Below, in pieces: positions 9,939 to 20,673 of a stretch of 49,470 nucleotides of DNA; the first letter of the stretch is position 1, and each line of letters begins with the position of its first letter. A program made the translations under genes and the position numbers. A model generated the notes under the pieces. It searched no databases, had not been told where the DNA came from, and saw only the letters and a program-made list of their open reading frames with translations. This DNA is from Candidatus Coprocola pullicola (lineage in GTDB: Bacteria > Bacillota > Clostridia > Lachnospirales > Anaerotignaceae): assembly GCA_018715395.1 (NCBI GenBank), contig DVLQ01000104.1, positions 1 to 49,470 of the forward strand. Direction: 5' to 3'.

Positions 9939-10089
9939 ATTTAAAAAAACAAAAATACGAATTTATTTATTTTATTCTAACACAGATTTTTTGAAATTTC
10001 CACTTTTTATTTTGTTTCACAAAAAGAATATCGTTGCTTTTTTTTACAATATCTGTCATACTATTTTAAAAAGGAAAGAAGGCGTTTTT

Positions 10090-10554
10090 ATGAATTACAA
10101 AATAGAACCGGCTTATGAAAAATTGGAAGAAATCAAAATGTTGTTTCAGGAGTATACAAGTAGTTTGGGATTTGACTTATCTTTCCAAAATTATGAACAG
10201 GAATATCGCTCTTTGCCGGGAAAATATGCTCCTCCAAAAGGAAGGCTGTATTTGCTTGTTTGTGAAGGGATTGCGGCAGGGTGTGTTGCATTAAAGCCCT
10301 TGGAGGAAAATATTTGTGAAATGAAACGGCTTTATATAAAAAAAGAATACAGAAAACATCACTTTGGAGAAGAGTTGGCAAAAAAAGTGATAGAAGACGC
10401 CAAAGCAATAGGATATGAAAAAATGTATCTGGATACTATGTCATTTATGAAAAGCGCTATAGGCTTATATCAAAAGCTGGGGTTTGAGGCGGTAGAGCCA
10501 TATTATGAAAATCCTATGGAGGGTGTGCTGTATTTTCAATTGCCATTAAAATGA
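10090..10554 (+). CDS. GNAT family N-acetyltransferase
   Basis: CEMKRLYI, YLDT...AIGLYQKLGF motifs; ATG 10090 after GAAGG. Confidence 0.92.
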   Translation: MNYKIEPAYEKLEEIKMLFQEYTSSLGFDLSFQNYEQEYRSLPGKYAPPKGRLYLLVCEGIAAGCVALKPLEENICEMKRLYIKKEYRKHHFGEELAKKVIEDAKAIGYEKMYLDTMSFMKSAIGLYQKLGFEAVEPYYENPMEGVLYFQLPLK

Positions 10555-10694
10555 ATTGTTTTTTCTTTTTTATATAACATAAATATTCTATTTTTATAAA
10601 ATAGAAGAATACAATAATAAGCATGGAAGAAATTTTAACAGAAAGTGTTAAAAAAAGAATATATGGTTGTATTTTTAAATAAATCATTTATGAC

Positions 10695-11243
10695 CAGAGT
10701 GTAGAGAAACTATATATTTTTATAAATGTAGCATAGCGAAACTGTTCCAAAAAACTGTTTGACAATGATAGGCTTAAGAGAGTTTTGCATATCAGAAGTT
10801 TTTTAGGTTTTTAAGTCGTTTTTTCAGCTTGTTTGATTTAGAGTATATGCTATTGCCAATATCATTGTGATTGGATAAAATATTTCTGACAGTTGTCTGT
10901 GCCTATGTATACAGTTGGCTGAAGTTTGTATGAAATAATTTGAAGTGTTATCATAAAGTTGTAACAGGAGTGGCTAACAAGATATCATTAATTTTATAAA
11001 GAAAAGAAGTACTCATTATGTTACAAAGTTACATACTTGAATTTAAAAATAAAATTGTCCATCTCTATTTGGCAGAGGAAAGGCTTGCAAAGCGAAGCGT
11101 TTCTTAAATGCAATTTCTAGTCGGAATTTACTTTCCATAAGCAAAACAGTGAGTTTGAAGGAAAGGAATTGTTTATATTTGCGTCTACTTGTTTTGAATA
11201 AAATGAGCCTTTGACAAAAGATTGTCGACTTTGTCCACATCCT
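10695..11243. repeat. MITE-like dispersed repeat, long copy
   Basis: Begins cagagtgtagagaaact and ends ctttgacaaaagattgtcgactttgtccacatcct (imperfect inverted termini). Confidence 0.65.
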
Positions 11244-11337
11244 ATTATGATAACCTTATTTTATAAACAAAAACAAAATATTGTTTGTATGGTATAATAT
11301 CTTTTTTTACAAATATTACTTTTTTATAAAAAAGATA

Positions 11338-11366
11338 TTGCTTTTTTTTTAATGGAATGATATAAT
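11338..11366 (+). promoter_or_regulatory. Sigma-A promoter of rplS
   Basis: TTGCTT-17 nt-TATAAT with TG extension. Confidence 0.7.
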
Positions 11367-11382
11367 AAAGCACTGTGAGTAC

Positions 11383-11424
11383 AGGCAGTCCGCTGTCATA
11401 CAAAGAGTGTGGCAAGAATGTCTT
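11383..11424 (+). promoter_or_regulatory. Ribosomal protein L19 leader RNA
   Basis: aggca..CCGCTG-tcatac..gtgtgg-CAAGA..tgtct stem/internal-loop pattern directly 5' of rplS, as in Firmicutes L19 leaders. Confidence 0.7.
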
Positions 11425-11445
11425 TGAGGAAGGGAGGAAACAAAT

Positions 11446-11790
11446 ATGGATATTATCAAAGAATTAGAAAAAGAACAGCTCAAAAGCGAAATTACACCTT
11501 TTAATGTAGGCGATACCATTCGTGTATATGCAAAGGTTGTAGAAGGCTCCAGAGAAAGATTACAGATGTTTGAAGGTGTTGTGATTAAAAAACAAAACGG
11601 CGGTATCAGAGAAACATTTACTGTAAGAAGAATTGCTTCCGGCGTTGGCGTAGAAAGAACATGGCCTTTACACTCCCCAAGAATTGACCGTATTGAAGTA
11701 GTAAGACGCGGCATTGTAAGACGTGCAAAATTATTCTATTTGAGAGATAAAGTAGGAAAAGCCGCAAAAGTAAAAGAAGTATTAAGATGA
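11446..11790 (+). CDS. rplS: 50S ribosomal protein L19
   Basis: [26 protein letters not shown]. Confidence 0.99.
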   Translation: MDIIKELEKEQLKSEITPFNVGDTIRVYAKVVEGSRERLQMFEGVVIKKQNGGIRETFTVRRIASGVGVERTWPLHSPRIDRIEVVRRGIVRRAKLFYLRDKVGKAAKVKEVLR

Positions 11791-11798
11791 CAAAAATA

Positions 11799-11832
11799 AG
11801 AGCCTTGATGAAGAAGCATCAAGGCTTTTTTC
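11799..11832 (+). terminator. Terminator or attenuating hairpin between rplS and lepB
   Basis: agagccttgatg-aagaag-catcaaggctttttt. Confidence 0.75.
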
Positions 11833-11858
11833 GTATCATAAGAAAGGGGCAAAACAAT

Positions 11859-12428
11859 ATGGCTAAAAAAAGAAAATTTCAATGGCTCATAGAGCTTTTG
11901 CTATTGATTATATTGATTTTTGCTGTGAGAACTTTCATTTTTGGAACTGTTACAGTAAAAGGTTCTTCAATGGAACCGAATTTTCACCACGGAGATTTTG
12001 TGATGGTCAATAAGCTAGCTTATCATATAGGTACTCCTCAAAGAGGAGATATTGCCATTTGCTGGCTGAATTCTGGTAACAGAGAAGAGTATATTATTAA
12101 AAGAGTGATAGGACTACCTGGAGATGAAATTGATTTTAAAATAAAAGAAGATGGCTGGGACTGGGAGTATGAGCTTTATATCAATGGAAAAAAACAAGAA
12201 GAAAGCTATGTAAAAGAACCAAATTATCAGGCAGGTACAGTGGAATATCCTTTTATTGTACCTGAGAATTGTTATTTTGTTATGGGAGATAATAGAAATG
12301 CTTCCACAGACAGCAGAGAAGCTTCTATTGGTGCCATTGAAAAAAGTCATATGAAAGGCAAGGTTTTTTTTAGACTTTATCCCTTTGACAGCATGACAAT
12401 GGTAAAAAATATAGAGAAAGGACGGTAA
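11859..12428 (+). CDS. lepB: Signal peptidase I
   Basis: N-terminal TM, GSSMEP (Ser), IIKRVIGLPGD (Lys), GDNRNASTDSR. Confidence 0.96.
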   Translation: MAKKRKFQWLIELLLLIILIFAVRTFIFGTVTVKGSSMEPNFHHGDFVMVNKLAYHIGTPQRGDIAICWLNSGNREEYIIKRVIGLPGDEIDFKIKEDGWDWEYELYINGKKQEESYVKEPNYQAGTVEYPFIVPENCYFVMGDNRNASTDSREASIGAIEKSHMKGKVFFRLYPFDSMTMVKNIEKGR

Positions 12429-12433
12429 AACAT

Positions 12434-13294
12434 ATGAATATACAATGGTATCCGGGGCATATGACAAAAACAAAGCGTATGATGCAAGAAAATATTTCTC
12501 TTGTAGATATTGTCATAGAGTTAGTAGACGCTCGTATTCCTTACAGCAGCAAAAATCCTGATATAGATGATTTAGCAAAAAACAAATATCGTATGATATT
12601 GCTTAATAAATGTGACTTAGCAGAAGAAAATGCGACAGTTCTTTGGGAAAAATATTACAAACAAAAAGGATTTGCTGTAATGCAGTTGAATGCTTTAAAG
12701 GGTACAGGAATTTCACAAGTGACAGCATCTGCCAGAGAATTGATGCAGGAAAAAATACAAAAACAAAAAGCCAGAGGCAGGCTTTTTGTGCCAATACGCA
12801 GTATGATTGTAGGCATACCCAATGTGGGAAAATCTACTTTTATCAATCAGTATGTAGGAAAAACAACAGCCAAAACAGGAGATAAACCCGGTGTGACAAG
12901 AGGAAAACAATGGATAAAATTGAAAAAAGATTTTGAACTTTTAGATACGCCGGGAATATTATGGCCAAAATTTGATGATAAAGAAGTGGGGTTAAAACTG
13001 GCTTTTACAGGAGCAGTCAATGACGATATATTGGATTTAACCACACTGGCAACGGAACTCATCAATCATTTAGTGATACGTCATAGCCAATGCCTTCAAA
13101 AAAGATATCAGATTACATTTGATACCATAGAACAACCTCATGTAATACTCAAACAAATTGCAGTAGCAAGAGGATTTAAACAAAAAGGCGGCGACGCAGA
13201 TTTGGATAGAGCCGCAAAAATACTACTAGATGAGTACAGAGGCGGAAAACTGGGAAAAATTACACTAGAGCTGCCCGAAGAGTTGGAAGGATAG
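12434..13294 (+). CDS. rbgA: Ribosome biogenesis GTPase RbgA/YlqF
   Basis: IQWYPGHM, DARIP, NKCD, GIPNVGKST, DTPGILWP. Confidence 0.98.
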   Translation: MNIQWYPGHMTKTKRMMQENISLVDIVIELVDARIPYSSKNPDIDDLAKNKYRMILLNKCDLAEENATVLWEKYYKQKGFAVMQLNALKGTGISQVTASARELMQEKIQKQKARGRLFVPIRSMIVGIPNVGKSTFINQYVGKTTAKTGDKPGVTRGKQWIKLKKDFELLDTPGILWPKFDDKEVGLKLAFTGAVNDDILDLTTLATELINHLVIRHSQCLQKRYQITFDTIEQPHVILKQIAVARGFKQKGGDADLDRAAKILLDEYRGGKLGKITLELPEELEG

Positions 13295-13301
13295 TGAATG
13301 T

Positions 13302-14156
13302 ATGGAATATACAGTCATAACAGATTTGGCAAAAAGAGCATTTGATTGGTATCTGAGATATAAAAGAATCAATTTATGGATTTGTATTTTATTTTTTTTA
13401 CCTAGTTTTTGGATATGGTACAGCTTAGAAAATATTACTTGGTTTTTTATAGAGAAACAAGGAGAGACAGGCTTTTTTTTAGAAACTGTATTTTTTTTCA
13501 TATCATTTTTTATTTTCATGATATTTTTGGAGCCCCTTGGAAAAATTGCTCTTTTGACGGCATGCAAACAAAAAGAGCAAAAGCATATCTCTAAAATTGC
13601 AAAGGATGTATTGCAAAAGGTTTTAGATAGTGTTTTTACATTATTTTTAGCCAAAGCAACGGAAGCGATTGTCATATTGATTTTTTTATCAATATTATTT
13701 TTCATGCCAAAGGGAGTATTGTTTTGGATATTGTTTTTACCTTTGTGTTTGTTTTGCATTGGTGTGATATGTTATTTGGAAACTATATGGTGTTTTGTGT
13801 TGCAGTCTGTTGTACTGGAAGGTAAAAAAGGCTGGCAGGCATTGCAAAACAGCCGTGACATTGTAAAAGGACGTTTTGTACAAACAGCAATATTGTTTTT
13901 TGGCGCAGAGCTGTTACAGGTAGCATTTTATTTTTTGCTTTCCGTTATAGTAAGCTTTTTAGGCTTGTTTTTTGTATTTTTTTCTGTTTTTACAAACAAT
14001 ATTGCGGTACAAACCCTTTCTGTATTTTTTAAAAGCATTACTGTAACAACCTACAGCATGTTATTTTTGACAGCTTACTATTGCCATATGCAGAAGATTG
14101 ACACAAAAAAAATAAAAAAAGAATTTGATATATTGTTGTTTCGACAAAAAAGGTAG
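13302..14156 (+). CDS. Multi-pass membrane protein, probable paralog of the next gene
   Basis: Several hydrophobic segments; loop VVLEGKKGWQALQNSRDIVKGRF. Confidence 0.75.
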   Translation: MEYTVITDLAKRAFDWYLRYKRINLWICILFFLPSFWIWYSLENITWFFIEKQGETGFFLETVFFFISFFIFMIFLEPLGKIALLTACKQKEQKHISKIAKDVLQKVLDSVFTLFLAKATEAIVILIFLSILFFMPKGVLFWILFLPLCLFCIGVICYLETIWCFVLQSVVLEGKKGWQALQNSRDIVKGRFVQTAILFFGAELLQVAFYFLLSVIVSFLGLFFVFFSVFTNNIAVQTLSVFFKSITVTTYSMLFLTAYYCHMQKIDTKKIKKEFDILLFRQKR

Positions 14157-14217
14157 ATATTGTTATTTTTTTAAAAACAGGATATAATAATTTTCAAAAG
14201 AAGGGAGGCATTTTGTC

Positions 14218-15405
14218 ATGCTGGAAGAAATAAAATCAAAACAATTAAATATGACAGAACTGTTTTCGATTGCTGCAAAAGTATATCAACAAAATTTTAA
14301 AACTATTTTTTTTGTTAGTTTTTTTGTATTTATTCCTTTATTTATCATACAATATTTCGTTCTTTCCATAGCTATGGATCATTTAGGTTCTTTTTTTTAT
14401 ATGGCGGATAGTTTATTAAGTGTAGACAGTCTTTTAGAAAGCAGATACTATATCAATTATTTGATTTATATGATTGTATTGTTATTGATAGAATGGGTAG
14501 TACAGCCTTTGGCTACAGTTACTATGATATATGGGGCATTGAATATTGTAAAAGGAGAAAAAAAGAGTGTAAAAGAGAATTTTTTGTATGGTTTTTTGAA
14601 GGTTCCGGCAGTGGTTTGGGTAAATTTTTTAGTAGGAATTTATATATTTTTTATTAGCTTAGGCGGATTGTTGTTGTTGCAAATTTTTGGAGGTTCCATA
14701 ATAGGACTAGCATTGCTTTTGGCAATGCTGATTGCGGTAGTTTATATGACAACAATATGGTATTTTACAGACCATGTTGTTACAATACAACAAATGAGTG
14801 GTTTTGATGCATTAGAAATGAGTAAAAGAGTGGTTCAAAATTATTTTAAACAAACATTAGGATATATCGCTTTGTTTGTTGTTTTGACAGGTATGGTTAA
14901 TTTTGTACTGGAAAAAGGATTGGATATACTTTATTATGCAGCGTCTTATTATATTTATATCATTGGCTCTATTGTTTTTAATTTTATTGTAACAGTTACC
15001 ATAACAGGTTTTTTTTGTATGTTTATGACAATATTGTTCTTAAATCGTATTTGGGGACCGGTTCATGCTTCTGCAGCAGAACAAAATAGCGTTATGCCAT
15101 TGCAAGAAACGACTGCAAAACCGAAAGAAGAAGCAATGAAAGTAAATCTTGAAAAATCAGAAACAAAAGAAGACACAGAAAAGGTAAACTTTGAAAAGCA
15201 AAAAGTAATTATAGAAAACACACCGCAGTGTGAGTCAACAGAGATTACGGAACACACACCGCATTCTGAGCCAACAGCGGAAGGCATCACAGAAAATATA
15301 TCGCAGTGTGAGTCAACAGAGATTACGGAACATACACCGCATTCTGAGCCAACAACGAAAGGCACCACAGAAAATACGACCCATTCAGAAGAAAAAAATA
15401 ATTGA
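14218..15405 (+). CDS. Multi-pass membrane protein with a repetitive acidic C-terminal tail
   Basis: Hydrophobic segments; loop SGFDALEMSKRVVQNYF; GGGAGG RBS. Confidence 0.8.
   Translation: MLEEIKSKQLNMTELFSIAAKVYQQNFKTIFFVSFFVFIPLFIIQYFVLSIAMDHLGSFFYMADSLLSVDSLLESRYYINYLIYMIVLLLIEWVVQPLATVTMIYGALNIVKGEKKSVKENFLYGFLKVPAVVWVNFLVGIYIFFISLGGLLLLQIFGGSIIGLALLLAMLIAVVYMTTIWYFTDHVVTIQQMSGFDALEMSKRVVQNYFKQTLGYIALFVVLTGMVNFVLEKGLDILYYAASYYIYIIGSIVFNFIVTVTITGFFCMFMTILFLNRIWGPVHASAAEQNSVMPLQETTAKPKEEAMKVNLEKSETKEDTEKVNFEKQKVIIENTPQCESTEITEHTPHSEPTAEGITENISQCESTEITEHTPHSEPTTKGTTENTTHSEEKNN
15214..15390 (+). repeat. In-frame 78-bp tandem repeat (two full copies plus a partial)
   Basis: Units start at 15214, 15292 and 15370; ENTPQCESTEITEHTPHSEPTAEGIT / ENISQCESTEITEHTPHSEPTTKGTT. 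Confidence 0.95.
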
Positions 15406-15574
15406 TAAAAAAGAGTATGCTTAAATAAAGAGAAAAAATAAAATTTTGTATTTTTCTTTCAATAAAAGGCTGTATATTTTGTTTAAAAACATACTAGGAA
15501 AAATAAACTGGGTTTGATATACTGAAAAATATCACCCAGTTTTTTTGATATTGAATTTTAAAGGAGGGATAGTG

Positions 15575-17557
15575 GTGTATTCAAATGGCAAAACATTTAC
15601 AGAAGAGGAAATGAAATATTTGCAACTTCTTTCTGAAAATTACAGCAATATTGACAAAGCAAGCTCAGAAATCATGAATTTAAAGGCAATATTAAATTTG
15701 CCCAAAGGAACGGAACATTTTTTGTCAGATATTCATGGGGAATTGGAATCTTTTCGTCATGTATTAAAAAATGCTTCCGGCGTTATCAAAAATCATATCA
15801 ATGAAATTTTTGGAGTAACATTGCGGGATGCGGAAAAAAAATCTCTTGCAACATTGATTTATTATCCGGAACAAAAGCTGGAACAAATTGCCCAAACTGA
15901 GCCGGATATGAAAGATTGGTACAAAATTACACTGCATAGGCTCATACATATTTGCAAAGTAGTATCTTCCAAATATACTAGGTCAAAGGTTCGTAAAGCG
16001 TTGCCTAAAGATTTTTCTTATATTATAGAAGAACTTTTGCATGAAGATAGTGTGGGCAGTGACAAGCAAATGTATTATTCTGAAATTATCAATACCATTA
16101 TTGAATTGTATCAGGCGGATAGATTTGTCATTGCCTTGGCTCATTTGATACAAAGATTATCCATTGACCAGCTTCATGTGATAGGAGATATCTATGATAG
16201 AGGTCCAAGCGCCGCCAAAATTATGGATATATTATCAGATTATCATTCTGTAGATATACAATGGGGAAATCATGATATTTCTTGGATGGGAGCCGCTGCA
16301 GGCTGCCAAGCGTTGATTTGCAATGTGATTCGAATACAGGCAAGGTACGCCAACTTGGATACCATAGAAGAAGATTATGGCATTAATTTGATTCCCCTTG
16401 CGGCATTTGCCATGGACCAATATGCTAATGACCCCTGTACGCAGTTTGAACCAAAAAGTACAGAAGGCGTTCTTTCAGACAAGGATTTTAATATGATTGC
16501 AAAAATGCATAAAGCCATTTCTATTATGCAATGGAAGGCGGAAGCAATGATTATAAAAAGACATCCGGAATTTCATATGCAAAACAGACTTCTTTTGGAT
16601 AAAATTGATTTTGAAAAGGGAACCATTGATATAGAAGGCACAGTTTATAAAATGAATGATATGAACTTTCCTACCATAGATCCTCAAAATCCTTATGCTT
16701 TTACAAAAGAAGAAGAAGAAGTGATGGCAAAAATCAAATCTTCTTTTGTCAACAGTGAAAAATTGCAGGCGCATACCAGAATGCTTTTTGCAAAGGGAAG
16801 TATGTATAAAATATTTAATTCCAACCTTTTGTTCCATGGATGTATTCCTATGAATGAAGACGGGTCTTTAAAAACAGTAACCTTTCAGGGCAGAAAATAT
16901 GTAGGCAGAAGTTATTTGGACGCAGTAGAACGTTCTGTAAGAGAAGGCTACTTTAATAAAGCCCATACAGAAGCAAAAAGAGAATGTATGGATTTGACAT
17001 GGTATCTTTGGTGTGGAGAAGATTCTCCTCTGTTTGGCAAAAAGAAAATGACAACGTTTGAACGATATTTTATTGACGACAAGGCTTCTCATGAAGAAGT
17101 GAAAAATCCTTATTATAGTTTGAGAAACGACCAAAGCGTATGTGAAAATATATTGGCTGAGTTTGGTCTTTTACCAAGCCGTTCTCATATTATCAACGGT
17201 CATGTTCCTGTCAAAGTCAAAAAGGGAGAAAATCCCATCAAGGCCAATGGAAGAATGATTGTCATTGACGGCGGTTTTGCAAAAGCATATCAAAAACAAA
17301 CAGGTATTGCAGGATATACGCTCATTTATAATTCTCATGGGCTGATACTGGTATCTCACGAGCCTTTTGAATCTACAGACGTAGCTATTGCACAAGAAAA
17401 AGATATCCTTTCTTCTACAGTGGCATTGCAGTATTCTCAAGAAAGAATACGAGTAAGAGATACAGATATAGGAAAAAATATACAAAAAAATATCAATGAT
17501 TTGGAAAAACTGCTTTATGCTTATAGAAGCGGTATGATTAAAGAAAGAGAAATGTAA
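15575..17557 (+). CDS. fbp: Fructose-1,6-bisphosphatase class III (Firmicute type)
   Basis: [43 protein letters not shown]. Confidence 0.97.
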   Translation: MYSNGKTFTEEEMKYLQLLSENYSNIDKASSEIMNLKAILNLPKGTEHFLSDIHGELESFRHVLKNASGVIKNHINEIFGVTLRDAEKKSLATLIYYPEQKLEQIAQTEPDMKDWYKITLHRLIHICKVVSSKYTRSKVRKALPKDFSYIIEELLHEDSVGSDKQMYYSEIINTIIELYQADRFVIALAHLIQRLSIDQLHVIGDIYDRGPSAAKIMDILSDYHSVDIQWGNHDISWMGAAAGCQALICNVIRIQARYANLDTIEEDYGINLIPLAAFAMDQYANDPCTQFEPKSTEGVLSDKDFNMIAKMHKAISIMQWKAEAMIIKRHPEFHMQNRLLLDKIDFEKGTIDIEGTVYKMNDMNFPTIDPQNPYAFTKEEEEVMAKIKSSFVNSEKLQAHTRMLFAKGSMYKIFNSNLLFHGCIPMNEDGSLKTVTFQGRKYVGRSYLDAVERSVREGYFNKAHTEAKRECMDLTWYLWCGEDSPLFGKKKMTTFERYFIDDKASHEEVKNPYYSLRNDQSVCENILAEFGLLPSRSHIINGHVPVKVKKGENPIKANGRMIVIDGGFAKAYQKQTGIAGYTLIYNSHGLILVSHEPFESTDVAIAQEKDILSSTVALQYSQERIRVRDTDIGKNIQKNINDLEKLLYAYRSGMIKEREM

Positions 17558-17593
17558 TTTTTTTGGCTGTCATATAGTTTTGGCAGCCTTTTT

Positions 17594-18150
17594 GTATGCA
17601 TAAAACCATGTGTGAAAAAAAACCTTCTATGGTTGAGATAAAAGCTATATGCAAATTACGGATATACATAGTTGATTGCATACAAAATCAAATTGCAGAT
17701 ACCATATGGTATTTGTGCCAAAAGGTATTTTATTATCAAAAAAAGAGCAATGGGAGAAATACTGAGAAAACGATGTAAATGGGAAGAGTTAATATATAAA
17801 AGGCGGAATGATATCTATTGGCAGGGATGTTGCCAAAGATGGGTGTATCAAGTTTTATGGGATATTTGAAAGGAAAAGGCAGTACAATAATTTAGTAAGC
17901 TGAAATATGAATAGAGAGTTCTGATGTAAAGGCTATTATGTAGATACAGTGGGAAAAAATGCAGAAAGAATAGATGAGTAGATAGCCAATCAATTAAAAG
18001 AAGAACAAATGGGAGAACAATTGCTGAAGTCAGAAAAAATTTTCAGGGTAGTGGGTGACTAGAGCAATAGTTGGAAGGTTATGTTATGGATTTATGCATA
18101 TGCCAACAACAAGAGATATGCTTTTAGAAAACTACCCACTAGGTGAGGAA
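17594..18150 (+). mobile_element. Degenerate IS200-family element, copy C
   Basis: Starts TTTT|GTATGCATAAAACCATGTGTG after the fbp terminator; blocks gtgtatcaagttttatgggatatttgaaaggaaa and tagccaatcaattaaaagaagaacaa shared with copies A/B. Confidence 0.85.
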
Positions 18151-18297
18151 AGGCTTTTTTATAAAAAATTTTTGAAAAAAGAATCTGTACTGTTACAAAA
18201 ATTTAAAATATTTTATAGGAGATTTATGGTATACTAATACAAGTCAAGTCTTTGTGCAGTCAGTTTTTGCTAAGAAATAGAAAATGAGGTACAATAT

Positions 18298-20673
18298 ATG
18301 AATGAAAAAGCATTAAAAAAATTAGAATATGATAAAATAATCAAAAAACTAATGGATTTTGCTGTATCTCCTATGGCAAAAGAAAAGGCGGAGGCTCTTT
18401 TGCCTTATACAGCTATGACAGATATCACACAAGCACAGCAGGAAACAACAGAGGCTGTTTCTATGATATTACGAAAGGGAACATTGACATTGGGCGGTTT
18501 TAGAGAAATCCGTCCTCAGATGAAGCGCGCTGCCATGGGCGGAGTGCTTTCTATGGGAGAATTGATGAATATAGGCAGTTTTTTATATGTTTGCAGAAGA
18601 GCAAAAGAGTATGCAAAACATGAAAACAAAACAGAGTCTTATGAAAAATTAGACGCTCTTTTTAAACTGATACAGCCTATTGTTTCTTTGGAAAATGAAA
18701 TTACAAAATGCATTCTTTCTGAAACGGAAATGTCGGATACAGCCAGCGCCGCTCTTCATAAAATAAGAAGAGAAATCAAACAATCGCATGAAAAAGTCAA
18801 AGATCAGTTAAACAGTATCATAGCGTCTTCTGCTTATAAAAATATGCTGCAAGACCCTGTTGTAACAATCAGAAACGACAGGTATTGCGTGCCTGTAAAA
18901 AGTGAGTATCGTTCCACATTTCCTGGCATGATTCATGACCAGTCCAACACGGGTTCTACTGTATTTATGGAGCCGTTAAGCGTTGTGCAGCTAAATAATA
19001 AAATAAAACAATTGCAAGCGGAAGAAAAAAAAGAGATTGAAAAAATACTTTTGGAGCTTTCAGAAAAAGTAACAGAGCAGAGAGAAATTTTGCAAGCAAA
19101 TATGGAAGTATTGACACATTTAGATTTTGTTTTTGCAAAGGGAAATTTATCTCTTTCTATCAATGGCACACAGCCTCTATTTAATTTAAAGGGTTATATT
19201 AACATACAAAAAGCCAGACATCCTTTGTTGGAGGAGAAAAAGGTGGTGCCAATTTCCATTTATTTGGGAAAAGATTTTACTACGCTGCTGATTACCGGTC
19301 CCAATACAGGAGGAAAAACAGTGGCATTAAAAACATTGGGGCTTTTTACGCTTATGGGTCAGGCAGGACTGCATATTCCTGCATTTGACCATTCTCAGTT
19401 GGCAGTGTTTGACAATGTTTTTGCAGACATTGGCGATGAGCAAAGCATTGAACAAAGTTTGAGTACTTTTTCTGCTCATATGAGCAATATTGTGACAATA
19501 TTAGAAGAAGTGACACCGTATTCTCTTGTATTGTTTGACGAATTGGGAGCCGGCACAGACCCTACGGAAGGAGCCGCGCTTGCTCTGTCTATTATAGAAT
19601 CTTTGCGCAAAAGAAAAATCAGAACAGCTGTGACAACCCATTATAGCGAGCTGAAGGTATATGCGCTTTCTACAGAAGGGGTTGAAAATGCCTGCTGTGA
19701 ATTTGACATTGAAACATTGCGTCCCACATATCGTTTGCTCATAGGCATTCCGGGAAAAAGCAATGCCTTTGCCATATCAAAGCGTCTGGGGCTTTCTGAT
19801 GAGATAATAGAAGGAGCCAAAGAATTTATCAGCCATGATGAAGCAAGATTTGAAGATGTGATTACAGATTTGGAAATCAGTAAAAAATCTGTGGCATTTG
19901 AACAGGAAAGAGCAGAACAATACAGAAAAGAAGCCGAACGCCTCAAAGAAGAAGTGGCATATCAAAAAAATAAAACAAAAGAACAAAAAGAAAAAATACT
20001 TTCTAGAGCCAGGGAGGAAGCAAGGCAGATTTATCAGCAGGCAAAAGAAGAAGCCGACAACATTATAAAACAAATGAATCAAACAGCAAAAGAAAGCGCT
20101 GATAGACAAAAGCTTTCTCAACAGCGTTCTGCTATCAAAGCCAAACTTTCTTCAATGCAAGAGGCTTTTTTGAAATCTCCCAAAAAAAAGAGCACTCACA
20201 AACCTCCTCAACAGTTGCAGCCCGGAGATAAGGTCTATGTCATCTCTTTTGACCAAAGTGGTACAGCTCTTTGTGCGCCTGATAAAAATAAAGAAGTGAT
20301 GGTGCAAATGGGCAGTATGAAAATCAAAGTTCCTTTATCCGAGCTTATGCTGGACGATACGCCAAAGCCAAAAAATGAAACTCCTAAAAAAATGATTTCA
20401 ACAAATGTAAAAGCGGGAAAAAGCCAATATATTTCCGCTGAAATTGACTGTCGTGGACAATTGGTAGAAGAAGCGTTAGGCAATATTGATAAATATTTGG
20501 ACGATGCGTATTTGTCAGGATTAAAGCAAGTGACGATTATACATGGCAAAGGAACGGGAGCATTAAGAAGTGCAGTGCAAACCTATCTTCGTACCAATTC
20601 TCATGTAAAAAGCTATAGACCCGGCGTCTATGGAGAAGGTGAAATGGGTGTTACAGTGGTAGAATTGAAATAA
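18298..20673 (+). CDS. mutS2: Endonuclease MutS2
   Basis: ITGPNTGGKT, QSLSTFS, DELGAGTDP; C-terminal Smr domain IIHGKGTGAL. Confidence 0.98.
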   Translation: MNEKALKKLEYDKIIKKLMDFAVSPMAKEKAEALLPYTAMTDITQAQQETTEAVSMILRKGTLTLGGFREIRPQMKRAAMGGVLSMGELMNIGSFLYVCRRAKEYAKHENKTESYEKLDALFKLIQPIVSLENEITKCILSETEMSDTASAALHKIRREIKQSHEKVKDQLNSIIASSAYKNMLQDPVVTIRNDRYCVPVKSEYRSTFPGMIHDQSNTGSTVFMEPLSVVQLNNKIKQLQAEEKKEIEKILLELSEKVTEQREILQANMEVLTHLDFVFAKGNLSLSINGTQPLFNLKGYINIQKARHPLLEEKKVVPISIYLGKDFTTLLITGPNTGGKTVALKTLGLFTLMGQAGLHIPAFDHSQLAVFDNVFADIGDEQSIEQSLSTFSAHMSNIVTILEEVTPYSLVLFDELGAGTDPTEGAALALSIIESLRKRKIRTAVTTHYSELKVYALSTEGVENACCEFDIETLRPTYRLLIGIPGKSNAFAISKRLGLSDEIIEGAKEFISHDEARFEDVITDLEISKKSVAFEQERAEQYRKEAERLKEEVAYQKNKTKEQKEKILSRAREEARQIYQQAKEEADNIIKQMNQTAKESADRQKLSQQRSAIKAKLSSMQEAFLKSPKKKSTHKPPQQLQPGDKVYVISFDQSGTALCAPDKNKEVMVQMGSMKIKVPLSELMLDDTPKPKNETPKKMISTNVKAGKSQYISAEIDCRGQLVEEALGNIDKYLDDAYLSGLKQVTIIHGKGTGALRSAVQTYLRTNSHVKSYRPGVYGEGEMGVTVVELK

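Noticed and set aside
9901-10089. N-terminal extension of the GNAT ORF
   Set aside because: Runs through the repeat terminus and AT-rich spacer; ATG 10090 has the RBS and gives a normal GNAT length.
11787-11858. lepB start overlapping the rplS stop
   Set aside because: Crosses a terminator hairpin; ATG 11859 has its own RBS.
15214-15390. Direct repeats as a CRISPR array
   Set aside because: In-frame 78-bp coding repeats with no unique spacers and no cas genes.
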